IMG/VR virus record: IMGVR_UViG_3300049846_000430 | Coordinates: 32,001 to 96,000 of that record | DNA length: 64,000 nucleotides | DNA from: a virus | Strand: one strand, 5' to 3' | Shown: piece after piece, positions 46,189-55,471 of the stretch | How the letters are laid out: every line of letters begins with the position of its first letter | Numbering within the stretch: position 1 is the stretch's first letter | Made by a program: the position numbers and the translations under genes | The notes under the pieces: model-generated | The model's input: only the letters and a program-made list of their open reading frames with translations | Database searches by the model: none | Told to the model about the DNA's origin: nothing

Positions 46189-46497
46189 ATGAAAAAGAAA
46201 GATTCAAGATTAGAAAAGGCTGGAGTATCTGGCTATAATCAACCCAAGCGTACACCATCACATCCTACTAAGTCACATATTGTTGTGGCCAAGTCAGGTG
46301 AGCAAGTTAAGACAATCCGCTTTGGTCAGCAGGGTGTAAAGACCAATCAAACTGCAGGTCAAAGAGAAGCTTTTAAGTCTAGGCATGCTAAGAATATTTC
46401 CAAAGGAAAAATGTCTGCTGCCTATTGGGCTGATAAAGTTAAGTGGAGTCCTAGCAAGACTGCTTCTCCAAGTAAGAAGTGGAAAAAAGGATCATGA
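46189..46497 (+). CDS. Small basic protein (KTIRFGQQG...FKSRH...SAAYW type)
   Basis: Likely start ATG 46189 (MKKKDSRL); K/R-rich. Confidence 0.7.
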   Translation: MKKKDSRLEKAGVSGYNQPKRTPSHPTKSHIVVAKSGEQVKTIRFGQQGVKTNQTAGQREAFKSRHAKNISKGKMSAAYWADKVKWSPSKTASPSKKWKKGS

Positions 46498-46727
46498 AAA
46501 AAGTAACAGCTGGTAACGAAAAGCACATTGTCTATAAAAAGAAAAACAATATAGGCAAAGGCAAGAAGGGAGATATTATTGTAAACCATCCTACCATGGA
46601 TAAAGGTAAATGGGATACAATCAATCTCACTAAGAAAGCTGGTGCTAAAACAGTTGCTGAAGGGGTAAAAGCTACAAAGAAGTGGCATAAGGAAAATCCT
46701 TACCCGAAGAAAATGAAGAAAAAGTAA
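46494..46727 (+). CDS. Small basic protein
   Basis: ATG 46494 overlaps the upstream TGA; IIVNHP...WDTINLT. Confidence 0.65.
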   Translation: MKKVTAGNEKHIVYKKKNNIGKGKKGDIIVNHPTMDKGKWDTINLTKKAGAKTVAEGVKATKKWHKENPYPKKMKKK

Positions 46728-46800
46728 TTTTTCTCTTTGAATCTTCATGCTGAATGATTAACTTATATCATACAGTTTAACTAAGAATCTATTAATTGAA

Positions 46801-47061
46801 ATGAAACTCCCAATCAACTTTGATCAGTTCTCTAAAGACCCAGTAAAAGGCTTATTATTTATCACTATCTTGACCATTGGTTATCTTTATGTAGATAACA
46901 AAATGAATTATCAGGATCAAATTGAAAGTTGTAGTGTCAAGGTTGAAAAGCTTACACTTAAAATAGAAATACTAGAAGACAAACTTAGAAAAAGTGATAG
47001 CACATTAGCGAGAGCTGCTGCTAGATTAGAAATTCTCAATGAAACAGGAAGAATAAAATGA
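46801..47061 (+). CDS. Membrane-anchored coiled-coil protein (i-spanin- or holin-like)
   Basis: N-terminal TM (GLLFITILTIGYLYV), then a coiled coil; within the lysis cluster. Confidence 0.5.
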   Translation: MKLPINFDQFSKDPVKGLLFITILTIGYLYVDNKMNYQDQIESCSVKVEKLTLKIEILEDKLRKSDSTLARAAARLEILNETGRIK

Positions 47062-47441
47062 AAACAATAGCATTAATCATTCTTGTACTGATAATTCCTT
47101 CATGTATGGAACAGTCAGCCAAGACAACTAATCCTAAAAGATATCTTGAATCAGCTAGTAATGAAGACACTGCATACTCTCCTTTAGAAAGAGCTGAAGA
47201 TGCTCTTGAGATGACGGAAGGAATAGAAGAAGAAGTAGCATTAGCTTTTCATGATGTTGATTCATTGGCAAATCAAAACAAAAAGTTGAAGAAAGAATTG
47301 AAAGAGACTATAGATTCTTTGAAAGAAGCAAAGAAGCAACTTGAGATCATCAGAATGGTGCCCAAGAAAAGAAACTTTATTCAAAAAGTTTTTAATATAA
47401 CTCCAGATTCAATTCAAGTAAAAGACACAATAACTAATTAA
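47058..47441 (+). CDS. Lipoprotein with a coiled coil (o-spanin-like)
   Basis: MKTIALIILVLIIPS-C lipobox-like signal; ATGA overlap with the previous gene. Confidence 0.5.
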   Translation: MKTIALIILVLIIPSCMEQSAKTTNPKRYLESASNEDTAYSPLERAEDALEMTEGIEEEVALAFHDVDSLANQNKKLKKELKETIDSLKEAKKQLEIIRMVPKKRNFIQKVFNITPDSIQVKDTITN

Positions 47442-47442
47442 T

Positions 47443-47706
47443 ATGAAATTCCTAAGAGACTTATTTGATGATGCCAACACTGTAAATGAAAAAGCAGTGG
47501 TTGGTTTTATTGCATTTATCATGCTGGTGATTGCTTTGGTTGTTGACCTTGTTACCGGCTATGATGGTAAACCCCTTGTAATAAATGAATTCATCTTTGA
47601 CGGCTTCATGGTCATTGTGCTTGGAGCATTTGGTATTGCTTCAGTAGATAAGTGGCTGAATAAGAAAAACAATAATCAAGATAACCAAGATAATACAACT
47701 GTATGA
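47443..47706 (+). CDS. Putative holin (2 TM helices)
   Basis: Two hydrophobic helices and a charged tail; overlaps the endolysin start. Confidence 0.65.
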   Translation: MKFLRDLFDDANTVNEKAVVGFIAFIMLVIALVVDLVTGYDGKPLVINEFIFDGFMVIVLGAFGIASVDKWLNKKNNNQDNQDNTTV

Positions 47707-48518
47707 TAAAAATAGGTTCAACCGGTGATGCTGTAAAAAAAATCCAACTTAAAGTTGGTGCTAAAGATGATGGAGACTTTGGTCCAGGCACTGAAGCCAA
47801 AGTAAAAGCTTGGCAAAAAGCTAATGGTTTACTTGATGATGGAATCATTGGTCCAAATACATGGGATAAAATGTTTCCTGGTGAAACATTTCCTAAACAA
47901 CCTATTGTATCCACAGAATTTAAGCTAAGTGCACTACAGGGACATCTTCCTGCTGCAGTTATTGATCAGATTCCAGAAACATCACAGAAGTTCAATATCA
48001 CAAATGTTCTGAGACTAGCTCATTTCCTTGCTCAATGTTCTCATGAGTCTGGTGGATTTAAACTTGTAAGGGAGAATCTTAATTATGCTGCTGGACAACT
48101 TACTAAGTCATGGCCTGCTTTGTTTCCTCCTGCAGTTGCTGCACAATACGGAGGTAATGCTCAAGCAATTGGTAACCGGGCTTATGGAAACAGAATGGGG
48201 AATGGTCCTGAGTCTTCCGGTGAAGGATTCTTATTCCGTGGTAGAGGATATATTCAACTCACTGGTAAAGACAATTACAGAATATTCTCACAGTTCATTG
48301 GTGAAGACTGTGTGGCTAATCCGGATTTGGTAGCTACTAAATACCCAATGGCATCTGCTGCTTTCTTCTTTAATAAAAATGGACTCTGGTCTATATGTGA
48401 TCAGGGTTCTTCAGATTCCGTAGTCACTGCAGTAACTAAAAGAGTTAACGGTGGCACCAACGGATTATCTCATAGACTTGCTGAGTTCAAGAAGTTCTAC
48501 CAGCTTCTCTCGGTTTGA
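47703..48518 (+). CDS. Endolysin: peptidoglycan-binding domain plus GH19 (chitinase/lysozyme-like) catalytic domain
   Basis: DGDFGPGT...WQKANGLLDDGIIGPNTW; AHFLAQCSHESGGF; RGRGYIQLTGKDNY; VTKRVNGGTNGL. Confidence 0.9.
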   Translation: MIKIGSTGDAVKKIQLKVGAKDDGDFGPGTEAKVKAWQKANGLLDDGIIGPNTWDKMFPGETFPKQPIVSTEFKLSALQGHLPAAVIDQIPETSQKFNITNVLRLAHFLAQCSHESGGFKLVRENLNYAAGQLTKSWPALFPPAVAAQYGGNAQAIGNRAYGNRMGNGPESSGEGFLFRGRGYIQLTGKDNYRIFSQFIGEDCVANPDLVATKYPMASAAFFFNKNGLWSICDQGSSDSVVTAVTKRVNGGTNGLSHRLAEFKKFYQLLSV

Positions 48519-48541
48519 TTTGTTAGTGTTTCATAGGTTTG

Positions 48542-48576
48542 TAAAGGGGAGCTGATTACTCCCCTTTATTTTTTAT
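48542..48576. terminator. Probable bidirectional terminator between the convergent gene blocks
   Basis: TAAAGGGGAG-ctgatta-CTCCCCTTTA, with a T-tract on the + side. Confidence 0.75.
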
Positions 48577-49204
48577 ATTGATTCATAATCAAATCAACTT
48601 CTTCCTTTGATAAGTATTTATCAATTGCATGATAGCCAAGTGTTCCAAGTTGGAATACTGATTCAACAGAAAATTTTTGATTGATATCTTTAGATAGTTT
48701 AGCTTTTAATTTTTTGAGAGCTGTATAGAAATAAACATCCTCATTTATTTTACCACTCCACTTGTATCTTCTCAAACACTCAATCATTTTGGATACAGTT
48801 CTTAATGATAATCCACCATTAGAACCATCTCTCCAGTATTCTCCTTTTGACCATTCTGAGTCTGGCCATGGTGCTCCTACCCAATCATATTCTTCAAATT
48901 CTTCAATACCTTCTCTTAATAATCCTGAGTCAGATTGAAATGTTAAAACTTTGTCACAGTTAAGTGATTCCCAAAAATTTAAAGATGTAAGCAGGACGTT
49001 GTAATCATGCTGAGATGTGATGTTGTTTTTTAGAACTGTAATTTCAGTATCTCTTCCAAAGTCAATATCTTCTACCAGATGTTTGTTTACATCTGATACA
49101 AAAATGTGTAGCTTATACTTAGAAGGAAGATACTTTAAGTGATCTTTAATGACTTCTACTAGATTTATAATTCTTGTCTCAACTATTACAGCTTTGAATT
49201 TCAT
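48566..49204 (-). CDS. DUF5672-like, glycosyltransferase-related protein
   Basis: LTFQSDS...YDWVGAPW...NGGLSLR...NEDVYF pattern. Confidence 0.65.
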   Translation of the reverse strand: MKFKAVIVETRIINLVEVIKDHLKYLPSKYKLHIFVSDVNKHLVEDIDFGRDTEITVLKNNITSQHDYNVLLTSLNFWESLNCDKVLTFQSDSGLLREGIEEFEEYDWVGAPWPDSEWSKGEYWRDGSNGGLSLRTVSKMIECLRRYKWSGKINEDVYFYTALKKLKAKLSKDINQKFSVESVFQLGTLGYHAIDKYLSKEEVDLIMNQYKK

Positions 49205-49761
49205 AAACCAAGTTTACTTACTTTCTTTCTGAGCTCATATAGATCACCATTGTTTTCAATCACATAATCAAAGTCATGGCCATCTAAAGCTGTTTCACTT
49301 GGATGAGCATTTGCTAAAGCAACCATTGAGGTACCAAAGCCTGGACGGTTAACTCTAATGATAATACCACCTTTTGATTTAACTGCGTCATACTCATTTG
49401 GAAATCTAACATCTGTGATAATCCAGTTATTATGAGGAACATACTCACAGAGTAATGCATTTACCCAGGTGTTTGTATGCAAACCATTTCTCATGGCCTC
49501 CGTACCTAACTTTTGCAAAAGCTCTCTCACTGTCATTTGTCTCCGGGATATACCATATGTATCCCATTCAGGACCAAGAAATGTATTTTTAAAATCTTGG
49601 TCCTCAAACTTATCTACAGAAATGCCAGTAAGCATAGAAGCAATCTGCTTTAACTTGCCAGCAAACTTCTTTACTTCCCATTGTTTCTCAGATATTTCAG
49701 AAATAATCTGAGCAATAGTATCCTTTCCGGATCCTATCTTACCACTTATTCCTATTATCAT
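49201..49761 (-). CDS. Deoxynucleoside monophosphate kinase
   Basis: GKIGSGKDT P-loop, FAGKLK, RELLQKLGTE, IITDVRFPNE, HPSE. Confidence 0.9.
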   Translation of the reverse strand: MIIGISGKIGSGKDTIAQIISEISEKQWEVKKFAGKLKQIASMLTGISVDKFEDQDFKNTFLGPEWDTYGISRRQMTVRELLQKLGTEAMRNGLHTNTWVNALLCEYVPHNNWIITDVRFPNEYDAVKSKGGIIIRVNRPGFGTSMVALANAHPSETALDGHDFDYVIENNGDLYELRKKVSKLGL

Positions 49762-49767
49762 TACTTT

Positions 49768-50067
49768 TTATTTATTACCTTCGTATGTTTTGTTATAGTA
49801 TTGCTCTCCATCTTCTTTTGTCATATAATCATAACAACCACATCCAGTTAAACTTCCTGCAATATATGCTTCTATTGTCTGCTCTTTTTCCACCTCTAAC
49901 AACTCCTTACACTTAACTACTAAATGAAATGGAATTTTATAGCCATGAGATAATAATTCATCAAGCATAATTTGCATTGCTGTCTGCTGTTTATACAATC
50001 CATCTTTTGCATCTTCATTCATGATGTCTATTATTAGTTGTTTTTGTTTTTGTTTCATCACATCCAT
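49768..50067 (-). CDS. Small hypothetical phage protein
   Basis: KQQTAM...EKEQTIEAY...EQYYNKTY pattern; packed between neighbours. Confidence 0.6.
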   Translation of the reverse strand: MDVMKQKQKQLIIDIMNEDAKDGLYKQQTAMQIMLDELLSHGYKIPFHLVVKCKELLEVEKEQTIEAYIAGSLTGCGCYDYMTKEDGEQYYNKTYEGNK

Positions 50068-50273
50068 CCTTCTTTTATTACTTTAGGTTTACCATTTACT
50101 AACTGCCAATGTTCAAACCATTCCCCCCATTCACCTCTTCTGCGTCTGTAAACTCTTACTGTTCCGTCAACTGCATCATTGATCATTGTTTTGATTGTTG
50201 CTTTGACATCTGTATAGCGTGGCACTATAAATGACACATCTTTTTTACCGTTGTTGTAATACACTGAAGGCAT
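50058..50273 (-). CDS. Hypothetical protein
   Basis: 71 aa ORF in the - strand operon; Trp-rich C-terminus. Confidence 0.6.
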   Translation of the reverse strand: MPSVYYNNGKKDVSFIVPRYTDVKATIKTMINDAVDGTVRVYRRRRGEWGEWFEHWQLVNGKPKVIKEGWM

Positions 50274-50279
50274 ACTGTT

Positions 50280-50468
50280 TTAAATTTTTGGTTTCCCGCA
50301 ATCACTGCAGGTTTTGATTATTATAAAGTAATCACCCTGGTTCCAAAGTTCATCGTAGTCCTCAAACTTTTCAGGCTTTATGTACTTACTTGGTTTTAAG
50401 TAAGTTCTTTCAACTGGTTTTGATTCATGACAAAAGTCACAAATATCTTTTTCTATATCACCACTCAT
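50280..50468 (-). CDS. Small Zn-ribbon protein
   Basis: Likely start MSGDIEKD; CDFC...CSDC. Confidence 0.6.
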   Translation of the reverse strand: MSGDIEKDICDFCHESKPVERTYLKPSKYIKPEKFEDYDELWNQGDYFIIIKTCSDCGKPKI

Positions 50469-50473
50469 ATGTT

Positions 50474-50734
50474 TTATATAAAGAAAGGTCTTATTGTTAA
50501 TACACCTAAACCAAAGCCACATGCAAAAGCTAAAGCAATCAATGCTCTCTGCTTAAATGATTTGGCTTCAATGTTATAATGATTCATAGGTAGACAAAGA
50601 AAAGGATTCATAAATACCATAAGGAACATACCCATCCAGTTCTTATCCATCAGGAATCTAAAACCTGCAATACTGTTTACTTCAAGAAGTATTGCTGTAA
50701 TAAATACTATTAATAGTCTGTATCTAAATCTCAT
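50474..50734 (-). CDS. Small membrane protein (about 3 TM helices)
   Basis: Likely start MRFRYRLL at 50734; three hydrophobic segments. Confidence 0.6.
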   Translation of the reverse strand: MRFRYRLLIVFITAILLEVNSIAGFRFLMDKNWMGMFLMVFMNPFLCLPMNHYNIEAKSFKQRALIALAFACGFGLGVLTIRPFFI

Positions 50735-50880
50735 TGTTTTAAATTTGAGAGGTGGCCGGTAATGCCATAACCCGGCCATTGCTCTCTACCTTTTAACTAA
50801 ACATGAAAACCATGCGGCATTAATATCTGTATCCCTCTTTACCAAGAAGGAGTTTAATCAGTCCTATAGCAACCAATATT

Positions 50881-51240
50881 TTAACGGCCAACCAAATCAT
50901 CAAAACTCACAGGCTCACCATTAGCTGTTAAACTGAATGCTACTGAAGCAGGCCAAACTCTATCATCCTCAACATCTTCATTCATGATGCTTAAGAGCTC
51001 AGCCTTATATTCTATTTCCCCTATATCTATGACCATGGGAAACATATTTGCTATTTTAGTATAGTCACCAACTGTTAAGAAGGTGAATGTTTCAAATACT
51101 AGATAAGAATCCTTTATGTTGTAACCTCTTAACTCTGGTATGGTTGGATCCTCATAAGAAGGCTCCAACCTAAAACCAGCGTCAGTAAAGTTTTGAAACA
51201 ACTCCTGTAAGAATTCTTTATGCAAGAGATTCTCAGTCAT
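50881..51240 (-). CDS. Acidic hypothetical protein
   Basis: 119 aa; overlaps the upstream gene stop. Confidence 0.6.
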   Translation of the reverse strand: MTENLLHKEFLQELFQNFTDAGFRLEPSYEDPTIPELRGYNIKDSYLVFETFTFLTVGDYTKIANMFPMVIDIGEIEYKAELLSIMNEDVEDDRVWPASVAFSLTANGEPVSFDDLVGR

Positions 51241-52138
51241 TTATTTCAAAAGTAAAAGGGTCTTCAAAATCTGGAATTTCAGACTGAATTTCATGAAGCT
51301 CCATGTCAACAGTCATATCTACAGGAACAGTAGCTGTTATTTCTGCAGGCATAATGGGATCTGGAGTCACAACATCCTTGGCAGTATTGGCCATGGTAGA
51401 GAGAAGATTTGCAACAATAAACTCATGGAACTTCTGAGTATCACTCAACCATGTCTTTGGGTGAGATGTCTTTAGAGCATGAGTTACATGATTATAGAAT
51501 GTCCATGCGTTGTCCATGTCACACTGATAATCATAACTTGGATTCTTCATCTGTGCTTTTACAGTGCTCAGCTGAGTTACATCCAGGATCTCCTCATCAT
51601 AGTACAATCTACCAAGAAGCTCAGCTTGTTCTTTGATATTCAGCTGAACTGTCTTCAGATTGTCCTTATCATCAATCATTCTTCTGTAATACTTCTCAGC
51701 ATGCAGAACTTGATTTGAGATTTGATTCTTCATGTCCTGGTCTGCAGAACCGGTGTGCTTTCTACGGAAGTTCATCATGTCTCCTGATACCATACCGTTG
51801 TTACACACCATTACATAACCACCAATTGCACATTGGAACCGTGTGCTCTTGTCATAAGAGTTGGTCCAGGCAAACATCATTCCCAGTTCGTTCTCCAGTT
51901 GAATCATAGGGTCAACAGGATTCTGAGGAACAATATGATAGATGCCCTGTGCAATGTTAGCTTCATGGTTTGCTCTGTAAAGTTCTTTTACAATTCTGAA
52001 GCCACTGTTTTGAAGAATAGAATACGTGTTAGATATCACATCTCTGTGTGATATAACTGTGTAGGTTTTACCATGGTTAGGTAAAACTGCATTTTCCAGA
52101 TAATTTCTGGTAGTCTCTGATGGTTTTTTATAGCCCAT
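51233..52138 (-). CDS. DUF932/DUF945-like protein
   Basis: Likely start MGYKKP at 52138; YTVISH...NSYDKS...GGYVMVCNNGM...RKHTG...WTFYNHVT. Confidence 0.75.
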   Translation of the reverse strand: MGYKKPSETTRNYLENAVLPNHGKTYTVISHRDVISNTYSILQNSGFRIVKELYRANHEANIAQGIYHIVPQNPVDPMIQLENELGMMFAWTNSYDKSTRFQCAIGGYVMVCNNGMVSGDMMNFRRKHTGSADQDMKNQISNQVLHAEKYYRRMIDDKDNLKTVQLNIKEQAELLGRLYYDEEILDVTQLSTVKAQMKNPSYDYQCDMDNAWTFYNHVTHALKTSHPKTWLSDTQKFHEFIVANLLSTMANTAKDVVTPDPIMPAEITATVPVDMTVDMELHEIQSEIPDFEDPFTFEIND

Positions 52139-52142
52139 ATTT

Positions 52143-52192
52143 AAAGTTTTAAAGTTTAAACAAATATACAAAACATAAACTTAAAAAGTTTA
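52143..52192 (-). promoter_or_regulatory. Bacteroidota-type -7 promoter element (TAnnTTTG) flanked by TAAAC-N7-GTTTA palindromes
   Basis: TATATTTG on the - strand at 52168-52161, about 22 nt before the ATG; palindrome at 52176-52192; degenerate copy at 52143-52157. Confidence 0.5.
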
Positions 52193-52205
52193 CATTCAGT
52201 AAAAT

Positions 52206-52418
52206 TTATTTTGATGTATCAAAAGTTTGCTCTTTGAAGAACAAACAACGGGAGGCTCTTGGTGTAAGCCCCCCGGTTGTTGTATAAGTTGCAACATAAT
52301 TGCTATCAAACTTGACTCTGATGCAACAGAGTACCTGTGGTTCAATGATGTCAACAACAGTGCCCCATCCATATAGGACACACCATACACGGTCATTTAG
52401 ATTGAAGATTTGACTCAT
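52206..52418 (-). CDS. Small SH3/KOW-like hypothetical protein
   Basis: FNLNDRVW...YGWGTVVDI...IRVKF; ATGA-coupled to the polymerase gene. Confidence 0.6.
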   Translation of the reverse strand: MSQIFNLNDRVWCVLYGWGTVVDIIEPQVLCCIRVKFDSNYVATYTTTGGLTPRASRCLFFKEQTFDTSK

Positions 52419-54406
52419 AACAATTTGAGTTGATTAGAAGGAACTGAAAGGATGTTATTTATCTCTGATTCAATTTCTTCCAGATAATAACCGGTGTTGA
52501 TATCATAGTCTTCCCATTTAGGTTTGACAACCATCTTGTTGTACAATGTCTGAAGCCATTTGCCGGATTCAAGTTGTATCTCTCTTCCGTCTACCTCATT
52601 TACTTTGGTCATCTTAACACCCTTCTTGGAAATATAATATCTGTTTACCTTCTGTAGGTTGTCTTCTGTAAAGGCTCCGTCTTTAATGTACCTGGCTACC
52701 TGCTTCCAATCACCTTTTGATTTGACACCAATACAATAATCAAGAATGTTCTTGTTGGTTTGGATATAATCATGTGGCAGGATACCGTTAATGAAGTAAG
52801 CATACACGCCTTTGGCAACAACAAGTTTAGATTTGTTTTTATGAAGCTGAAGTTCATGATAATCAAACCTACCTTTCATCTTGACTGGAGCATACATAAA
52901 CTTATCACCAGTTACCTTGAATAGATAATGGGGATTCTGATCTCTAATCTCTCTCCATGTAGTAATATCAACCTCTTTAAAATTATTCACGGCAATGTAG
53001 TTGTTTACATCCGCCAGGATAAGTTGCTGATAAGAATCATGTTCAAGTTCTAGATTAGTGATCTGTTCCCATTCTTTACAGATGCTCATATACTCATCAT
53101 AATACTGCCTAGGAATTCTTGTTTCTAGACCATCTGTGTTTTGCATAATGGCAACTGCACCAGGTATCCGGGTCATTATCATTTCATACAACATCATAAG
53201 GCTAAGCTGACCGTTAACAGTAATGCTCATACAGAATTCCGGATCATAGAAGAAACTATCTGCGTCATTACTCAAGCCATATGTAGAGTTCAGAATGATC
53301 TTGTACACATAGTTCATTGGGTCCTTCTTGGGAATCTTCTTCCTTTCATTAAAAAACCATTCATACTGATCACAAAACTCCTGTTTAGGGAAGTGAGCTG
53401 GTGCCCACTTGTTTCTGATGGCCAGGTTAGGATAGAAGCTTACTACATCTGAAGTAATAATTATGTGCTCATCATCAGATTTGTAAACACCGGATGTCCT
53501 TGCACCATGCACACCACCCAAACCAAAGTCTGTCTTTACATCCTTATAGACAAGTGTATGTTTAAATGAACCTTTCAGGTTATCACCTTTCAGTTTAACT
53601 TTTCTGAATGTATCAAGTAAATGGTTAAACTCTGGAGATGTAAATTTTATATAGGGCAAGATTATATCTTCAAGTTTAATCACGTCCCTGTGGGTCCTCA
53701 TGTTTTTGATTTCCCTTTTTTCCATGTTGAGCTTCTGGGAGAGATAATAAGCAAATAGCTCCTTACTTATCCTTGGCTCAGAGGCACTATACAGATTGAT
53801 GTCATATCTATCAGTCAATGCTTTTCTTAGTTTGATTTGAGATGCAGATTTTTTAAAGATCTCCTTGGTAGACCGTACATCATTAAGACAATACTCAATG
53901 ATCAGATCTATTTCCTCCATGGTTTTAATCTCTGTGCTATGATGGATTGGCATTTCAAGAATGTTCTCCCAATCCATACTGTACTGAATCCATTTCAAAC
54001 TGGATCTCTTGGCAGGATTGTCCCAGTGGTTCATCTTGAATATGTCAATCTGACCTATATCAAGCTTCCATTGAGGATACTGCTGCCATTCTTTTTTATC
54101 CTGCTTTCTGATGCAGTCCTGTGCGTACTTGTAAATCTGCACAGCCTTACCACAAGCATCATACTCAGACCACTTGGTGTGGTTATTGAGTATGTGTTGG
54201 GTTATTTGAGAATCAAAAGTTAGACCGTTAAAAGATATATGCCATTCTCTTTTTTGCTTGTTCTGTTGCAAGAACATTATAAACTCATTGAAGTCATCTC
54301 TGAGGTTGTGCACCACAAAGACTTTCTTCTCATTGGTTTTATAATGCTCAAAGCATGCAACAAAGCAATTGCTAAGAGTCTCATAATCCATTATCCAATG
54401 TGTCAT
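52415..54406 (-). CDS. DNA polymerase family B with 3'-5' exonuclease
   Basis: Exonuclease motifs DYET, FNGLTFD, YCLNDV; polymerase motifs SDVVSFYP, KIILNSTYG, NTDG. Confidence 0.92.
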   Translation of the reverse strand: MTHWIMDYETLSNCFVACFEHYKTNEKKVFVVHNLRDDFNEFIMFLQQNKQKREWHISFNGLTFDSQITQHILNNHTKWSEYDACGKAVQIYKYAQDCIRKQDKKEWQQYPQWKLDIGQIDIFKMNHWDNPAKRSSLKWIQYSMDWENILEMPIHHSTEIKTMEEIDLIIEYCLNDVRSTKEIFKKSASQIKLRKALTDRYDINLYSASEPRISKELFAYYLSQKLNMEKREIKNMRTHRDVIKLEDIILPYIKFTSPEFNHLLDTFRKVKLKGDNLKGSFKHTLVYKDVKTDFGLGGVHGARTSGVYKSDDEHIIITSDVVSFYPNLAIRNKWAPAHFPKQEFCDQYEWFFNERKKIPKKDPMNYVYKIILNSTYGLSNDADSFFYDPEFCMSITVNGQLSLMMLYEMIMTRIPGAVAIMQNTDGLETRIPRQYYDEYMSICKEWEQITNLELEHDSYQQLILADVNNYIAVNNFKEVDITTWREIRDQNPHYLFKVTGDKFMYAPVKMKGRFDYHELQLHKNKSKLVVAKGVYAYFINGILPHDYIQTNKNILDYCIGVKSKGDWKQVARYIKDGAFTEDNLQKVNRYYISKKGVKMTKVNEVDGREIQLESGKWLQTLYNKMVVKPKWEDYDINTGYYLEEIESEINNILSVPSNQLKLL

Positions 54407-54414
54407 ACTTGATT

Positions 54415-54446
54415 GAAAAAAATAGGGCAGTATTACCCACCCTATT
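54415..54446 (-). terminator. Rho-independent terminator/attenuator upstream of the polymerase gene
   Basis: - strand AATAGGGTGG-gtaata-CTGCCCTATT-TTTTT; the G-U pairs only form on the - strand. Confidence 0.65.
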
Positions 54447-54467
54447 AAAATAAAACGTAACCTATGC

Positions 54468-54881
54468 TTATGAAGGCATAATTATTTTAGGAGTCTCAAC
54501 TTGATTCACATCCACCATGTATTGTTTGAAATCAAAGCTAGAAGCATTGATAGCAAACAAATGGATGAAAGCTTCTATGTCAGACTTATCTGAAATATAG
54601 TGCTCTCCAAATGTTTCAACCAGGACTCTTTGTTCTTTTACAACCTTGCCGGTTGTAGGATTGGGTGCCTTAAGTCTTACAGGCTCACCATTCTCATCAA
54701 GTTTGGGAAGCATATGAAAGGATTCTTTTTTAACCTTTGATATGACAGCCAGGATACCTGAACTAGGGTCATACATTGCCTCTACATAGGGGCAATCATT
54801 GCTTGCTGGGATAATGCCAAATGATTTAGCATTTCTAAAAGCTGAATGAATCAGCATCATGTTGGATCCGATAGTACTCAT
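54468..54881 (-). CDS. Hypothetical phage protein
   Basis: 137 aa; CPYVEAMYDP...HMLPKLDENG. Confidence 0.65.
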   Translation of the reverse strand: MSTIGSNMMLIHSAFRNAKSFGIIPASNDCPYVEAMYDPSSGILAVISKVKKESFHMLPKLDENGEPVRLKAPNPTTGKVVKEQRVLVETFGEHYISDKSDIEAFIHLFAINASSFDFKQYMVDVNQVETPKIIMPS

Positions 54882-55471
54882 GTTGGTTTTGTGTTTTGGT
54901 TCAAAGATATACCAACTTCATTTAATAAATCAACCACTTCAGAAAGTTTTTCATAGAGTGTTTCTTTATCTAGATCTGGTTTATTACAAAGCTCATACAC
55001 TGATTCAATTACATTCATTGGGACATTCAGAGCTTTTGCATACTCTGCATGATAGATATCAGGAAACAAGAAGGCTGTTACAAAACTTGCAATCTTACCA
55101 TTGTTTCCAAAGAATTCTTCAATAACATCCTTTGAAATCTTAGTGAACTTAGAATACTTACCTTGTACAAATGAATCAAAATCACGTTTAAAAGGTGTGA
55201 AATCAAAAATGTATAAGTGGGTGTCATCACTGAGTTTGTGATATTCTTCAAAGAGCACATTACCTCTAAGATTAGATTCAAATGCTTTAAACTTATCATT
55301 CATCTCCGTGTTGTACACACAAAGGAATTTAAAGTCACTTGCATCATATACCCCGTCCCAGCAGATGTAAGTCTCTGCTGGGGTAAAGGGTACATTCTTT
55401 TTTATTCTCAACAGCGGGTATAAGAATACCTTGCTCTTTTGGAAATAGTCTGTGTAGACACCGTTACTCAT
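54878..55471 (-). CDS. Hypothetical phage protein (replication region)
   Basis: 197 aa; KSKVFLYPLL...FVQGKYSKF; ATGA-coupled. Confidence 0.65.
   Translation of the reverse strand: MSNGVYTDYFQKSKVFLYPLLRIKKNVPFTPAETYICWDGVYDASDFKFLCVYNTEMNDKFKAFESNLRGNVLFEEYHKLSDDTHLYIFDFTPFKRDFDSFVQGKYSKFTKISKDVIEEFFGNNGKIASFVTAFLFPDIYHAEYAKALNVPMNVIESVYELCNKPDLDKETLYEKLSEVVDLLNEVGISLNQNTKPT

Noticed and set aside
52415-54406. Intron or intein in the DNA polymerase or RNAP
   Set aside because: The polymerase is compact with normally spaced motifs. No C...HN intein ends or LAGLIDADG/HNH motifs were recognised in either gene.
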